From: Octopus vulgaris
Lineage: Eukaryota
Length of the DNA stretch: 64,000 bases
NCBI GenBank assembly: GCA_951406725.2
Contig: OX597814.1
Span: forward strand, 56,296,001-56,360,000
Direction: 5' to 3'
Below are positions 1 to 14,476 of this stretch, one piece after another; the first letter of the stretch is position 1, and each line of letters starts with the position of its first letter. Under the pieces are notes generated by a model, which worked only from the letters and a program-made list of their open reading frames with translations, made no database searches and was not told the origin of the DNA. A program made the translations under genes and the position numbers.

Positions 1-373
1 GAAAAGCTGCACCAGACTCCAGTCTGTTTTAGCTTGGTTTCTACTGTTGGGTGCCCTTCCTAATGCCAACCACTCTACACAGTGTACTGAATGTCTTTTA
101 CCTGTCACTGGCATGGGACATGTCATCATATATGTATGTATGTATACACTGTGGGCTTTTTTCTGTTTCCATCTAACAAATCCACACACAGGCTTTGGTA
201 GCTCGGGGCTATATTAGAAGACATTTGTCTTTGGTGTCATGCAGTAGGACTGAATCCAGAACTATGTGATTGGGACGCAAACTTTTTACGACACAGCCAT
301 ACCCATGTCTCGTAAACTATATTAATGTACAAAACAGTAAGCATCTATTTACTGATCCTATTTTTTTTTCCAG

Positions 374-542
374 ATAACGACACTTGCTTTTATGGAAAAT
401 GTTACTACTGCAAAGGGAAAGAAAGTGGCGTGTGTGCCCAGAAGACCATCCTCGAAGGTACCATTGTTCTTTGGATCTCTCATAAAATGCAACTTTACAG
501 ACATCCATGGGGCAGAACATACATTGACAACAAACAAGCTAA
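374..542 (+). CDS. FAM20B: FAM20B-like glycosaminoglycan xylosylkinase, internal coding exon (upstream exons lie outside the window)
   Basis: Polypyrimidine tract and AG at 372-373; GTAAGT donor at 543. Translates (D)NDTCFYGKCYYCKGKESGVCAQKTILEGTIVLWISHKMQLYRHPWGRTYIDNKQAK. CFYGKCYYC and RHPWGRTY are FAM20B hallmarks. Ends in phase 2 (AA). Confidence 0.93.
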
Positions 543-2746
543 GTAAGTTTAAACAATTCAATTTCATTGCAGTTTGTTTTCTGTGTTACCATTGTCATCA
601 TCATCATCATTTTAAAATCCAGTTTTCCATGCTTGCATGGGTCAGATGGAATTTGTTTAGGTAGATTTTCTCTGGCTAGATGTAGTTCTCGTCATCACCC
701 CCGACCTGTTTCCCAGCAACAAGGTAATAATATTTCCCCCTGGCCGAATAAGTTTTCACCAAAGATTGGAAATGAATGACACCACTTGTATGACTGTAAC
801 ATTCATTTACAGCTATCAGGTAATGTCAAAACAAGGTAACGTGCGCGCGCGCACGCACACACACGCACACACACACACATGGAGACACATTCATGTACAT
901 GCCATTTATACATTCATAAACATATGCATGCACACACATACTCAGTGGGCTTCTTTCAGTTTCCTTTTCACATTGCTTTGCTTGGTTGAAACTATAGCAG
1001 AAGACACTTGCCCAAGGTGCCATGCAATGAAACTGAACTTAAAACCACAAGTTTGGGATTTCATATTTATTTATTTCTGTTTATTTTATATTGTAATTGA
1101 TGAACAGCAGGAATATAGGTTTGGGGTTTCCAGTAGGCCACTAACTGTTTACATTTCTGACAGTATGAGTGGTAAAGAAGTGTCTGTTATTCATTTCAGA
1201 ACAACTATCACAAGGGATTTCATTTGTAAAGCAATGCTTCTTCACATTCCTTGTTTACATGTGTATTCTTTGCTACTGTACTTTAGCGAAAGATATATAT
1301 ATATATATATGTATATATACACACATGCGCACGCACACGCACACTGTTTGTTGTTATTCCACCCTAGGAAGGTCAGTCCTAATGAATGAAAGATGTTCTA
1401 GCCATGACTATCCCATTTGTTATTTAGATGAAGTTTATAGCTAAGACTTCATTATCCAATGTGTCTTTCTTCAACAGATTAAGTGACTACATAGAGGCTC
1501 CTTTGTTCATTGATCTAATATTGTTCTATCAGAAATTAAGCAAGTCTAAATAGATACAGAAAGGCACAGATAGACAGACAGACCTTGCACATCTATATCT
1601 TGCTTGCATTCCTTCTATGTTATTTATGACTTCCAGTTAATAAATAATCAGATTTAAGCATGGTTAGCCATAAGCAGGTAGTGAGATGCATTTGTAAATG
1701 CAGTGCTGTTGATGAGCAACTAACACATCATATATTGAATCAAAATTTTCAGCATCTGAATACTTCAGTATAGATTATTAAATCAATGTTGCCTCCTTTA
1801 TCTATGACAATGATTAACTTGTGAAATTGATGAAGCACATAAATAACAGGCTAGAAAACAATGACTGTTTAATGCCAAAACAGCTCCATAGTGGCACAGT
1901 GTGAATTTAAACAAAATAAGCAATTATCTTTTGGCAGTTACTTGAGATTGCATACGATCAAATTGGGAATTGAAACACTGCTACATGGAAGATAACATAC
2001 ATTGTAGCATGTGAATATTCAAAGGAAAGGACTATTTGAAATAGAGAATTCATGCAAAAGGATCTCAGAAACACACACACACACACCAAACATATGAAAT
2101 TGTAGAGTTAGGTTTTACTTGAAATGTTAAGATATTTATAATGTATAAGGAAAAGGAATATTGATTTCAAATTTTGGCACAAGGCCAGTAATTTTGGGAT
2201 AGGGGTAAGTTGATTACATTGATCTCAGTGTTCAACTGGTAGTTACTTTATTGACCCTGAAAAGATGAAAGGCAAAGTTGACCTCTGCAGAATTTGAACT
2301 CAAAACATAAAGACAGATGAAATACTGCTAAGCATTTTGCCTGGCATGCTAGAAATTCTGCCAGCTTGCCACCTTAAGAGAAAGAAATGATAAATATATA
2401 TGCCTTCTTTGCTTTTTGACTTAAACTTCAAACTTACAAATCTGTTTCAATTTAACGTAATGGGGAAGAGATTGTCTCGCCAATGACAGCTGACCACTAG
2501 GGATACTCCACATATTTAATCTTTCTCACTCTGTTAGAAAGTCTCAAGTTTCAAACCCTTGTTGAAGTTAATTCATTTCACTCTACATTCCTAATGTCTG
2601 TTATAAAAGCACTAATGTTACATGCATTCTAATCCCTATCCTTTATAAATTTCTTTACCTATACCCCTTATTTTAGCTCTACCATGACACACCTGACTGA
2701 GCCTTACTAAATACTGTAACTTAACCTTAGCCAGATTACTGAAACT

Positions 2747-2958
2747 GGTTAGGGCAGCGGACTTGCGGTCGGAGGATCGCAGTTTCGATTCCCAGACCGG
2801 GCGTTGTGTGTGTTTATTGAGCGAAAACACCTAAAAGCTCCACGAGGCTCCGGCAGGAGGTGGTGATCGCTGCTGTACTCTTTCACCACTCTAAAAGGCG
2901 GTGCTCCAGCATGGCCGCAGTCAAATGACTGAAACAAGTGCAAAAAAAAAAAAAAAAA
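2747..2958 (+). mobile_element. Young CpG-rich tRNA-derived SINE with a poly(A) tail
   Basis: TGGTTAGGGCAGCGGACTTGCGGTC...GTTTCGATTCCC head, the same 3' tail GCTCCAGCATGGCCGCAGTCAAATGACTGAAACAAG as the CORE-type family, and an A-run at 2942-2958. Confidence 0.7.
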
Positions 2959-3559
2959 TTGTTTCTCCATCTCAAACACTGCCATAAACTGTACCTAATT
3001 CTCAGATTTTGAGTAAATACTTTGCCCATCTCATGCTTCTGTCTCCTTGTGATTCACATTTCCCTGCTCATTAATAACCAGAAACAATTGAAACTGAACA
3101 TTAACCACACTGCATTGGCTCTACTTTGTTGCTATTGCTTGTCTCCTCAAAATGTACAAAACACTGAAAGCAATAACGATCAGTAGTGCTATCAGAATGA
3201 AACTGGCTATCAGCCAGGCATATTGTCTACCTTATGTTAGACCATGATCTTTATCTAAACACTTGATTCACTTCCAATAAAATAACATTAGATCAATGAA
3301 CAGTGAAGAAGCCTGTATGCCAGAAAAGGCAGTTTGATTCTCCCTCATTCACACCTTACCATCTTCAAAAGAGACTCTTTAAATTATGTAACTTTTAGAT
3401 ATACACTATGTGTTAGGTATGCACTAATAGATGAGATGGTTATGATAAAATTACCTTTGATCAATTTTTCTAGGTTAAGCAACAATATTGCAGCAGGGTT
3501 TAAACTCATAAGTTTGTGAATTCACATCTTAAGTTCACAGCTTACGGGCGTTGGTTTAA

Positions 3560-3775
3560 CCCATTAGCATTTAAGCTAGTCATGTCCAACCCAAATATTC
3601 TGCCTGTTTTGTTTTCAGACCATCAGATCCAGCCTCTTACACCTATCCTATAATGTCGTTCTAAAAATAAGTGGTCACATCATGATATCAAAGCTACAAG
3701 ATAATGCATGATAAATTCAAAACAATGTGAATAACTAAGCATTACATTTGACAGAGCAATCTGATGGCTAAAGAA
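3560..3775. mobile_element. piggyBac-type MITE (family A)
   Basis: TTAA flanks and CCC.TTAGCATT...GCTAAAG.. termini. Homologous copies at 15787-16002 and, partially, near 11985-12120. Confidence 0.65.
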
Positions 3776-6348
3776 TTAAATCTAAAGTGAACAACATTCA
3801 AATTCTCTTGTTGCTTGTGTCAGATAAATAACTACAAAAATTCACATATTTTTCATCATGTTTTCTTGTCAACCTTGTTAGCATTAGTAATGAGTATGAA
3901 AGTCATTTGCTATTCTGGTCACAAATTTTTGTTTGCTATTGAAAATACATTCAGTGGTAACAAAATATATTGTGAGATATAATATCCTCTTGGACTGGAT
4001 AAATTAAATCTTTCAGATTAATCTACATTGAGATAAAATAAAATCTATTGCAGTATTAATTTACTTATGTATGCAGATGTATAATGAAATAGTATAAGTA
4101 CATCACTATACCGAAGTGGCTAGATATGAGTGGAAAAGAAAAATATAACATTTACACATTGGTATTTTGCTTTTGATAAATATTAATATGGTTACATCTA
4201 CAGTACAATGCCAATAGTAAGCATCCTGATATTTCTTAGTTCAGCCTATGAAAAGTAGTTGTATAAAATAGTGTTCTTGATATCATTAATGGCTTCCTTT
4301 CTGTGAGGAAAATATATACAGAATCCAGTATGGAAGCCTCTGTGTAATCTCATCAACTGTTAGAAATAGCAGCCAAATTTCTCTCAAAACATACCTGTCT
4401 TAAATGAAGGATATAATAGATAATGTAGTCTAGGATATAGTATTGAAAATTAAAAAATGAAATAATAGTCATGGCTTAAATGCCTTTGGTATTAGGTTTC
4501 AGGGACCAGGACCCAACTTGGGACTAAAAAATAAGAACAACAAATACATGGAGGAATTCTGAAAGGGTTGTATTTCTGATGAGTAACATTTGGATTGAAT
4601 GTTTAGAGAGCCAAATTTGGAGTATTATGAACAGTGGGTATACCAGGAAGCAGAGTCAAGAGAGAATTAAGTGGGGTTGGGTAGATATGGAAGTCATGTG
4701 GCTGGTTCAGAGGAACATGAAGTGGCATTATGGAAATATTTGGAGGAAAAGCAGAAGTGAGAGAGAGATTATAACATGTGTATTTGTTAGCTGGTTGTAG
4801 TGGGTTAGTGAGTGTATCTTTACCAATCAGGCTGATGACTTTTAGGGGTGTGATACAATCTCAGATGTTTATGTAGCAGCAGCACCATTCCATATGTATG
4901 AGTCCTGCATGACTGCAATGCATGCATAAGATATATAATGAATTCAAATGACAAATCCTATTTTAGCATGAGTAGGAAGAAGGTACATATAACTTGCTAG
5001 CTGCCATGGGTCCTCATCTCCTGGTAGAATTGTAGGGACATTGTTGTGACATACTGCACATCTTGGGTTGTTATAGTCCCGAAAGAGCCTATCCCTCTGC
5101 AGGTCCAGCTACTGTCAGTTTTTTTTACAGAACATGAGACTAACTGACAAAGAGAAAGAACAAAAGGGAGAGAGAGAAAACTACTTTGAAAAGCAAATGG
5201 TACCAAAGAATAAGTTGGATTTGAACACTGAGCACTCAATGTCACAATGAGTGTCACAAGGCAGTCTGTCAAACACTAACAACTTGGTTAACTCACCACC
5301 TTCAACTATAGGATTTTGATTTTTAAAATTACATGCTGCATCTTAAGTACAAAGAGTTTCCCTTAGTCTGAAGAGCATTCAAATGTAGTTCACATTTAGC
5401 TTTGTCAGTGACAAATCAGGACTGAAGTGTTTTCAAAACCTGAAGACAAAGCCATGTCTTTCAAATGCATCACCATAGATTGTGAAAGCTAGCATCATTT
5501 AAAGCAATTTTAAAAAAGTTTTGTTTGTATTTTGTTTCTGAGTAAGGAAGAGTGTAGTGTTACAATATTGTTTCACTTATGTGCAGAGTTATTATGTCTT
5601 TGTGTTGTTGAAGGAGATTGAATTGTCATGTCCCCATTACAAGATGTTTTAAAGGTTTCTGATGTCTATAGCAGTGTTGAGGGATTGTATCTTTTGTATA
5701 GAAGTGGGTTGTTAAAAGTATCAGAAATAAGGTTATTAATATCCAAAACGGGGTGGGTAGGAGACATAAACCAAGCCCTAAGGAATATCAGTTGATAGAA
5801 CATGGGATGGAAAAAGTTAAGTGAAGACATGCTGTTGTAGAGCCCTCTCTGACTAGGAGCTTCTGGTCAAGAGATGATAGACACAAGTTTAGTTATGAGA
5901 TATGATCAAAAGCTATGCTACTATTAGGTATAGCAATGATGTTTCTGATAAATTGTGAAGACCACTGATGAATTATGTGGGAAATGAAATACCTGATAAG
6001 TCTGGTTCTATAGAAACCAGTGGTTGTTGAAAAGAGAAGTTTTATGATTTTAAAAGGAATGGTCTCTCCTCCTCCTCATCATCATCATTTTAATGTCCAG
6101 TTTTCCTTGTTTGCATGACTCAAATGGAGTTTATTGGGACAGATTTTCTATGGTTAGACACTTTTTTCTGTTGCCATTACTCATCTGTTTCCAAGCAAAC
6201 TAATATTTCCCCATGATAAAACATAATCTCACAGAATATTGGAAAGGAATGACATTGCTTGTATGACAGTGACAATCATTTTACAACTACCATATAACAT
6301 CAACAGAAAGAGACACAAAAATACAGACACTCACACGTGCACACAAAT

Positions 6349-6401
<53 letters not shown>

Positions 6402-8175
6402 TGATGGGCTTATTTTAGTTTTCATCTACCAAATCCACCCACAGAGCTTTGGTTGGCCTGGGGCTACAGGAGAAAACACTTGCCCAAGGTGTCATGCAGT
6501 AGTACTGAGCCAGAAAGCTTTTTTACCTCATAGCCATGCCTGCACCTGTATGGTTGTTTATGACTGTTTCCATTATGTTTAAAAATGTTGGAAGTGAGGG
6601 TGATAGGCTAATGGTTGTTATAAATAGAGAAAATTACTATTTTAAGGAGATGAGATATACTCTGTGTACATGCACATGTTTGTTTAAACTGGACGATATC
6701 CCTTACAGAGGAGACTGAAGAGTGTGGTGAAGATAGAAGGTAGCTTAGAAGAGCAGTGTTTGAGATTGAAGAAAGAAATATATTTGTATCTGTTGGCTAA
6801 CTGGGTTGGAGCCAATGGGAAAATGTTTGTAGTTGATAACTGTACACCCATCCAGAAAAGACAGATGATAAGAGATGAAGCTCTGAATGAGCCTGCACAC
6901 ACATACATGTGTGTGTGTCTGTGTGTAACTAAAATAGACAGCATAGGTGATAGTTATTTCTGCAATAATGTTACTTAGAAAGATATCTTAGCTGAAGAGT
7001 AGTGGCTAATAAGCTTGTATAAAGTTTATAGAGCTCCCTTTAATAAGAGACTTAAAGTCCTGGCTGCCGCATGGTGGGTAAGAGAGCTTGCAATCAACGG
7101 CATGAATGGAATATTGTCTTGCTTACCTGATGGTGACTTTGCATAATTGTAATAGTGGGTGAATGCCTTCCAGTAGTTGTTGGTGGTGGGTGAATTTTTA
7201 CAGATAGCATAAGTTGGGTTCCTTAACTTACCAAGGTATCTTGTACATCAGTCGTCTGCAAACTATAGCCTGCAGGACATTCTGAATAGCAAGCCTAATG
7301 AAAAATTACCTTGAATTTTGGGGGTAGTGTGATCTGTCTGATGATCAGTCATGTCTTGTGTGGCCCACTTTTTGGAAAAGGTTGCCAACACCTGACATAA
7401 ACTATTTAAAGATTTTGCAGGTTTCTCAGCTTTGAATATATGGGATTGGGGAGAGATACATACATGTCATGCTAATGTGAAGCTGTATCTGTTGATAGAT
7501 ACTAAAGACATTGTCTTTCTTTGACCTCATCTCTTTCATAATCATAGCCATCCTTATCATCATTTTTAGTACCTTTAATGTTAGCATTAATACTATCTCA
7601 TCCATCACATTACTACTCTAAGATTTGTGTCTTCATCTTTCCTTGTAATTTTTAATACTTAATATTATCTTTTATTATTAGCTTTTATCATAAGGTGCTG
7701 AGCTGGCAGAATCATTAGCACACCAGGTAAAATGCTAAGTAGCATTTCATCTATTTTCACATTCTGAGTTCAAATCATGCCAAGGTTGACTTTGCCTTTC
7801 ATCGTTGATAAAACAAATACCAGTTGAGTACCGGGATTAATGTAATTGATTTGCCTCTATCTTGAAATTGCTGGCCTTGCACCAAAAGTTGAAGCTACTA
7901 TTAGCTTGTTTCATAAGGCAATGAGGTTGAAGGATCAGTAGAGCACTGAAAAGATGCTTTGCAACATTTCCTTTTGTTTTTTTACATTTTGAGTTCAAAT
8001 CAACATTGCCTTTGATCCCTTTGTAAGCCAATAGAATTAAGTACCAGTCAAATACTAGGGAATCAATGTAATCATCTAATCCCTTCCCCTAAAATTATTG
8101 GCCTTGAGCCAAAACTAGAGAAAATTATCAGCTCTTATCATAATTATTAAATTATTATATAATTTTGAATTCCAG

Positions 8176-8364
8176 GTGGGAGACCGATGCTAAATTCTGT
8201 GATAAAGTTCTTCAAACTGACATGTACAAATTAGGAATTCGACTTCTAGATATCATCGATACATCAGTATTTGATTATATTATTGGTAATGCTGACCGGC
8301 ATCATTATGAAACTTTCCATGAATTCCCAGACAGCATGGTGATTATGCTAGACAATGGTAAAAG
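8176..8364 (+). CDS. FAM20B: FAM20B-like exon containing the catalytic loop
   Basis: CAG acceptor ending at 8175; GTAACA donor at 8365. AA+G makes K, then [68 protein letters not shown] and LDN are FAM20 kinase motifs. Phase 2 to phase 2. Confidence 0.95.
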
Positions 8365-8839
8365 GTAACAATCACACTTTTATTGCTTCTGTGTTCACTT
8401 GTGTTGTTATTTTACTTTATTTTATTTTAATAGCAGCTGACAATTCTCAAGTTTTCAGATCTCAGATTATTTTGCTTGTAGAATGCTTCTGGTGGCAGAA
8501 AGATCAGAGCTGACCTGTTTGTTATAAGTTTCACAATAAACTTGTGTCATGAGGTTGCTCAACTTTCTAGAAATGGCAGTCAAATCTCCCTCAGTTTACA
8601 CTCTATTTTCTTAAAAAATATATAGTTGATTCAGTAATCTTCTGTAATGTTCTAGAATGACTATAGTTCAATAAATGATCAGGTCATTTGAGATGGAATG
8701 TTTTTGATTATTGGTGCTGAACAATAACTTGTGTCAGTCTACAGTTCACCCATAAAAGTGTACTGAAAGGACAGTTAGAAATAACTGTGGACACTTCTAC
8801 CTCACCTTTGTACATGCACACACCACACATGTACATTCA

Positions 8840-9335
8840 ATAGACTGGTGACTATAATATTTGTAAACTGCTTATAGAGGCAAGGCAAACAACATATGGG
8901 GTGATAGATTTTTTTTTTTTTCTTAATCTTCATTATCACTCTTCTTATGAAACAAGATGGTATTTGACTCTTTCTGCAGTAAGGGTATTTTACCCTCTTG
9001 CAGATAGCGATTGAAGCATAGAACAAAGATTTTTCACTTCCACATCTTAACATCTCTGTTGTAATAACATCTTTCCCAGGAGCTTCATCTGTTTTCATCC
9101 GTTTCAGAGTATTTTCAGCTTCACTGACCCGAATTGGTGACACTTCTAATATTTGTGTCAGTGAAAGATTGAGCTTCACTGATGATTTATAAAGGTTGTT
9201 GTAAAAGGTTTTGCATGCCTTTTCCATCTTCCCCTTGTCTATTACTATGAGTCCATCCTTGTTCTTAAGCACCATCACCTCTAACCTATAGAGTACTAGT
9301 ACTCTCCTGCATCTTTTTAGATTTCTCCTTTGCTG
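8840..9335 (-). mobile_element. RTE-like LINE fragment (linker and start of RT)
   Basis: Minus-strand ORF 8802-9341 contains KTFYNNLY, KTDEAPGKDVITTEML and YHPICCLPCLYKQFT, typical of the region before RT domain 1. Frameshifted. Confidence 0.75.
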
Positions 9336-9832
9336 GTTCATAAAATTAAAAACTGCATATGTAAAGCATGAACTGCAAGCCAGCAGGTGCCTGAAGGAAG
9401 AATTTCAGAGGAGGTGAAGAAAAATTCTAGATAAATGGCAAACTATGAAGGGAAACACACACACACACACACACACACACCATCATCATGATCATGATGA
9501 TGATGATCATCATCGTCGTCGTCATCATCATCATCATCATCACCCATTTTCCATGCTGGTATGGACTGGGTGGTTTAACAGGGGCTGACTAGGTAGAAGA
9601 CTGTGCAAGGCTTCAATGTCTATTTTGGCAAAGTTTTTATGGCTGGATGCTTTTCCTAACACAAACTACCTTACAGAGTGGACTATATATATATGACTTA
9701 AGCATAGAGGTACTAATAACCTGGTGTTAGAATTCAATATACATATGCTTCAGAATGAAGCATCAGTTGAGTTCAGAGTGGTAATAGGAAATTAGAATGA
9801 CAAAGAAGAGTAATTATGTTATGAAATTCATT

Positions 9833-9914
9833 AGCTTACAGCTATTTCAGCTTATAAGATGCAATGCACCCATACTCGAATGCTTGAGTATCACCCTGTA
9901 ACTTCATCAGAGCT
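9833..9914 (-). ncRNA. Type I hammerhead in an intronic fold-back element
   Basis: Minus strand reads AGCT-CTGATGA-AG...CT-GAAAT-AGCT-GTA^AGCT. The opposite arm keeps GAAACAGCTGTAAGCT (10032-10047) but its CUGANGA is decayed. Confidence 0.65.
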
Positions 9915-12900
9915 TCACCTCAAAGCTTCATTGGAGTTTCAAACATGAAGTGTACTTTATGTTTGAAGCTCCATTAAAGCTATAGTGTAACACTCAAGCC
10001 CTCAGCTATGAGTGCATTGCATCTTATAGTTGAAACAGCTGTAAGCTAAAGAAGTTTATAACATAATTGTCCTTTCCTTTGTCATTCTAATTTCTTATAT
10101 ATATATGTGTGTGTGTGTGTGTATTGGAATAATTACTCTGAAACATTATGTATGTATGCATGCATGCATGTATGTACAGTGAACTTGCTATGGGGAGTGG
10201 AAGATCCCATGTTTTGGACAGTGTCCTTTGGGGGAAGAGTTGAAAGGAGAGAAATAAATGAAGCACAGCAGAGTTTTACATCCTCTAATTAAAAAAAATT
10301 AGCTTCAACTGATAAGGAGCACAGGAGCATGTGTGCTTCATACACATAAAGGAAGTCATAAGAGAAAAGTGTAAGAAGGAAGAAGGAAAAGACTAATGGA
10401 ATGAGAAACAGACAAGGTCAAGAGTGAAGAGAAAAGAAAAAATGTGGTGAGATGGGAGTTGAAGGATAAGGATGGGTTTAATCAACTAAAAAGATTGTAG
10501 GAATAGAAGAAATAAATGTTCATTTAAACACCCACACGCACAGTAAATATTTATGCTGTGTATTTGGAAACCTAAGATAAAAATTTCAATAGTTAAACTA
10601 TGGGCCCTAGGCTTTTTGCTGTAGAACTCTAAACAGATAGGAATACATTTTGCTATTTTCTTTATATTCAGAAAGAGACAAGATGTATTCATGTTTATTT
10701 AAAGTTGTCCTACGTGGATAATAGTAATGTTGTCTTTCAAGTATCTGTGTTCCAAAGAGGCAAGCAAGTTATGTACTAATGGTCTTCTTTTGTATCTAGA
10801 TTGATGATCGTTTTCATGGAAATGGAAATTTCTTGTGAATACTTTTGTGAGAATTTTGTAAACAAAGACTCCGTTTTCCTCTTAGTCATGGCTGTGTTGT
10901 TAGGAAGCTCACTTTGCAACCATGTGATTTCAGGTTCAGCCCCATTGCATAGCACCTTGGGCAAGTGGCTTCTGATTAATGCCATATGAGTGAATTCGGC
11001 AGATGGAACCTGTGTGGAAACCCATTGTATATCTATTTGTGTGTTTGTGTTTGTCCACCATCATCACCACCACATGGTAACTGATGTTGGTTTGTTTACA
11101 CTCCTGTAACTTAGCAGGTTGGCAAAATATTCTATTAGAATAAGTACTAGGCTTAAAAATTAATAAGTACTGGGGTCAATTTGTTCAACTATACCCTTCA
11201 AAGTGGTACCCCAACATGGCCACAGTCCAAGTTTTTTGTTTGTTTGTTTTTTTTAAAGTTCCTACAAAAATATGGTTGTCATTCTAATTCCTACATATTA
11301 TTTAACTGGTAACTAAATGTTGACTTGGAATATTCAATTGACACTTGAATATTGAATTCATTATTAAGGTGGTGAATTGGCAAAATTATTAGACTGTCAA
11401 GCAAAGTCTGGCTCTTTACATTCTGAGTCCAAGTCCTGCCAAGGTCAACTTTGCTGTTTGTTTTCCCAGAGTTCATAAAATGAAATATGAGTCCAGAATA
11501 GTGGCTCAGTGAGATTGTTAGCACATCAGATAAAACAGTTTGTGGTATTGCTTCCAGGTTGGTTTAGTTAATTTGTCTGTGAAGCTGCCATGATAGAGTT
11601 TTGTGAAAGAAAACCAAAGAAAAGCAATGGAAAACTGCTTTTGAATTTTCCTATGAAAATTCTCTGACAGACATAACACTTGTCATGATTGTCACTAAGC
11701 ATTGTGTTTTGTTTTGATGATGAAAGGAAGGAAGCAATAATTGGATTTGTTGAATTTTCAGTCTGAATATGTAAATTAAAGTATTTCTTTTATAATTTGG
11801 AAATTCTTATAACGTATATTTCTTTGAGGTAACTGTGTGAGACAGCTGTAGCTCTATGGGAATACTACAGTTGTTATAAACATCTATAGAGAGTGATAAC
11901 TGGAATTTAAGTCTTACAATGAATGGAAAAGATGGTATTAATGGTAAAGTTATAATCAAACTAGTCATATCCAATTTCTCACACCTACCTACATTGTTAT
12001 TCGAAAAATAAACGATCACATCATTGAAATCTTGAAACTATGAGATAATGCATTGTTAATTCAAAACAATGTGAGTAAATAAACATTACATTTGACTGGG
12101 TAATCTGGATTCTAAAGGGATTAAAAATTTGTGGTAGTTGTAAGTGTCCTGGCTTTCTTTTGGTTATAATGAATGTTCCAGTTGATAGGATCACTCGAAC
12201 AGCCTGCTTGTGAAATTAACATGCAAGTGGTTGAGCACTCAAGAGATATGCATGCCCTTAATGCAGTTCTCAGGGAGATTCAGTGTGACACAGAGTGTGA
12301 CAAGACTGGTTCTTGCCAGCTGAGTGAACTGGAACAACAAAAAATAAAGTGTCTTGCTCAAGGTCACCACACACTGCTGAGAATCAAACTCATAACTTTA
12401 CAATCATGAGCTGAACACACTAGCCACTAAGCCATGCACCGTCATAGGTGTAAGTTACTCTAAAAGATTTGCTAATTGCAACATTGTCACTATAACAAAT
12501 AGTTTGTTGAGATGGTTGCCATGTTTCAGGCCACATTTAATATGCGAATTGTTCAGTGAAGCATTTTATCTAAATTATAAGTTATCTGTCTAACAGACCA
12601 TATGAAGATGAAAGTTTTTGATTTCATTTTATCTATCTTTGAAACTATTATAATTCAGTCTAATATGGTGATAAAATTCAATGCTTAGTATTAAGAAATA
12701 ACAATAAAACAACAGTCATCATCATCATCATCATCATTGTTTAATGTCCACTCTTCCATGCTTGATGAAATTCATTGAGATGGATTTTCTGTAGTTCGAT
12801 GCCCTTCTTGTCACCAATCCTCGACTGTTTTCATGACCTGACATGTTTTTCATGGTAGATTGGAAATGAAGGACATTGTTTGCATGATGGTGCCATTTGT

Positions 12901-12936
12901 TTACATATATCACATGAAGTTGAGGCAAAGAGAGAT

Positions 12937-13015
<79 letters not shown>

Positions 13016-14476
13016 GGCAAATCAAAAATAAAAACAAAAATTAGAGAAAGCAATAAAAGTCAAAAGGATGTATATGGTGAATGTATTTCACTTATGTTCA
13101 GAGAAAGTTTAAAATAGTAAAAAGTGGAAGTATGATGTTTTGGGCATGGTTCTTCATCAGAAAGAGGAAAAACGGAAAAAGAAGTCCAAAGAGAAGGAAA
13201 AGAATAATCTCGAAAAAGAACATGTGCCACATTCTTACACGGCTGAAAAATAACTGAATGGAAGTGGAAAGAAATGGAGGAAGTGGTTTTTGAAGGCTGG
13301 TGAGTGTGCAAATGGCCATTGTGTGTGGGGGTGGTAGTATCTGTGCACATATATGACACGTTTCTTTCAGTTTCTGCCTACCAAATCTGCTCACAAAGCC
13401 TGGGGCTATAATAGAAAACACTTGCACAAGGGGCCACACAGTAGGACTGAATTCAGAATCATGCAGTTGGGAAGCAAACTTCTTACCACACACTAACATT
13501 AAATGAGTCATACAGGTCTACCATGATGCACTTGTCTTAGTTTCTAAACACAGTCTCAGAACAAGTCATTCACTAAACAAATGCAACAACAAAAACCAAT
13601 CTTTTTTACACCTATATTGTAAAGAGAGCAAATACAAATGTGTGATGAAGAAGAAAAATGATGTTAGAATTCATGTAAAATTGGAAGTCTTACAAAGTGG
13701 AATGGAAATTACTGCAATACTTAATAATAACTATTAAAAGAAATTACTTACATTTTATTCTGATTTCTTTAGGTTTCTGCTGTAAACTAATTGTCAATCA
13801 TTTTTCATATAGCTTTGGCCTCATATTAATAGAGGTGAGAATGAAGAATGTGTGTTGTATAAATGGTAGGAAATTGAAACTGTGTAGGAAACACAACTTG
13901 TCAGAGCTTTCTCTTCTACTCTACTATTCCTAGTTTTATTGTATTCCATTACACTGAATGTTAAAATATTCCTCCTTATTATCAAACAATGAAAGCACAG
14001 TTTTTAAACATATTTCATCTATTATGGTTGACTTCACCCCACTGTATTAACTTAAAACCATCAGACATTTAGTCATCACTCATAATTCACATAGTCATAG
14101 TACGAGAGTCCAAGTCTTTGGATTCAGGTGGCAATATTATCTGTTAATTATTTTCTAAGACTCATTTAAGCTTTTTACCTTGGAAAACAGAATATATCCA
14201 CTCAAATTTCATTACCCTTAACTGTACAAAGCAGTTTAATGTACCAGTCTATCTTTTGTTGAGGAATATCATATTTGAAACTATTTTCTGTCAAGATGTA
14301 TCAAGTTTATTGAGGCAACATGACTTGCAAGAAATACCAATTCTATTTTTTGGTAGATACTTAACATCATTTTGCAGTTAAAGGTTAAAATCTAATAAGA
14401 GTCTCAGAGAATATTTTTATAGCTGGTTTGGTTACTGTTTGTGTAACACTATTTTTATATGTTTCCTATTTGGAAA

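Noticed and set aside
766-1389. 207-aa ORF
   Set aside because: It runs through (CA)n/(TA)n microsatellites and SINE fragments, has no protein motif and lies in a FAM20B intron.
8176-8364. FAM20C or FAM20A assignment
   Set aside because: CFYGKCYYC, KSFGNP and LAPLYQCC fit FAM20B better than the GRGFG-type FAM20C/FAM20A motif. A phylogeny would be decisive.
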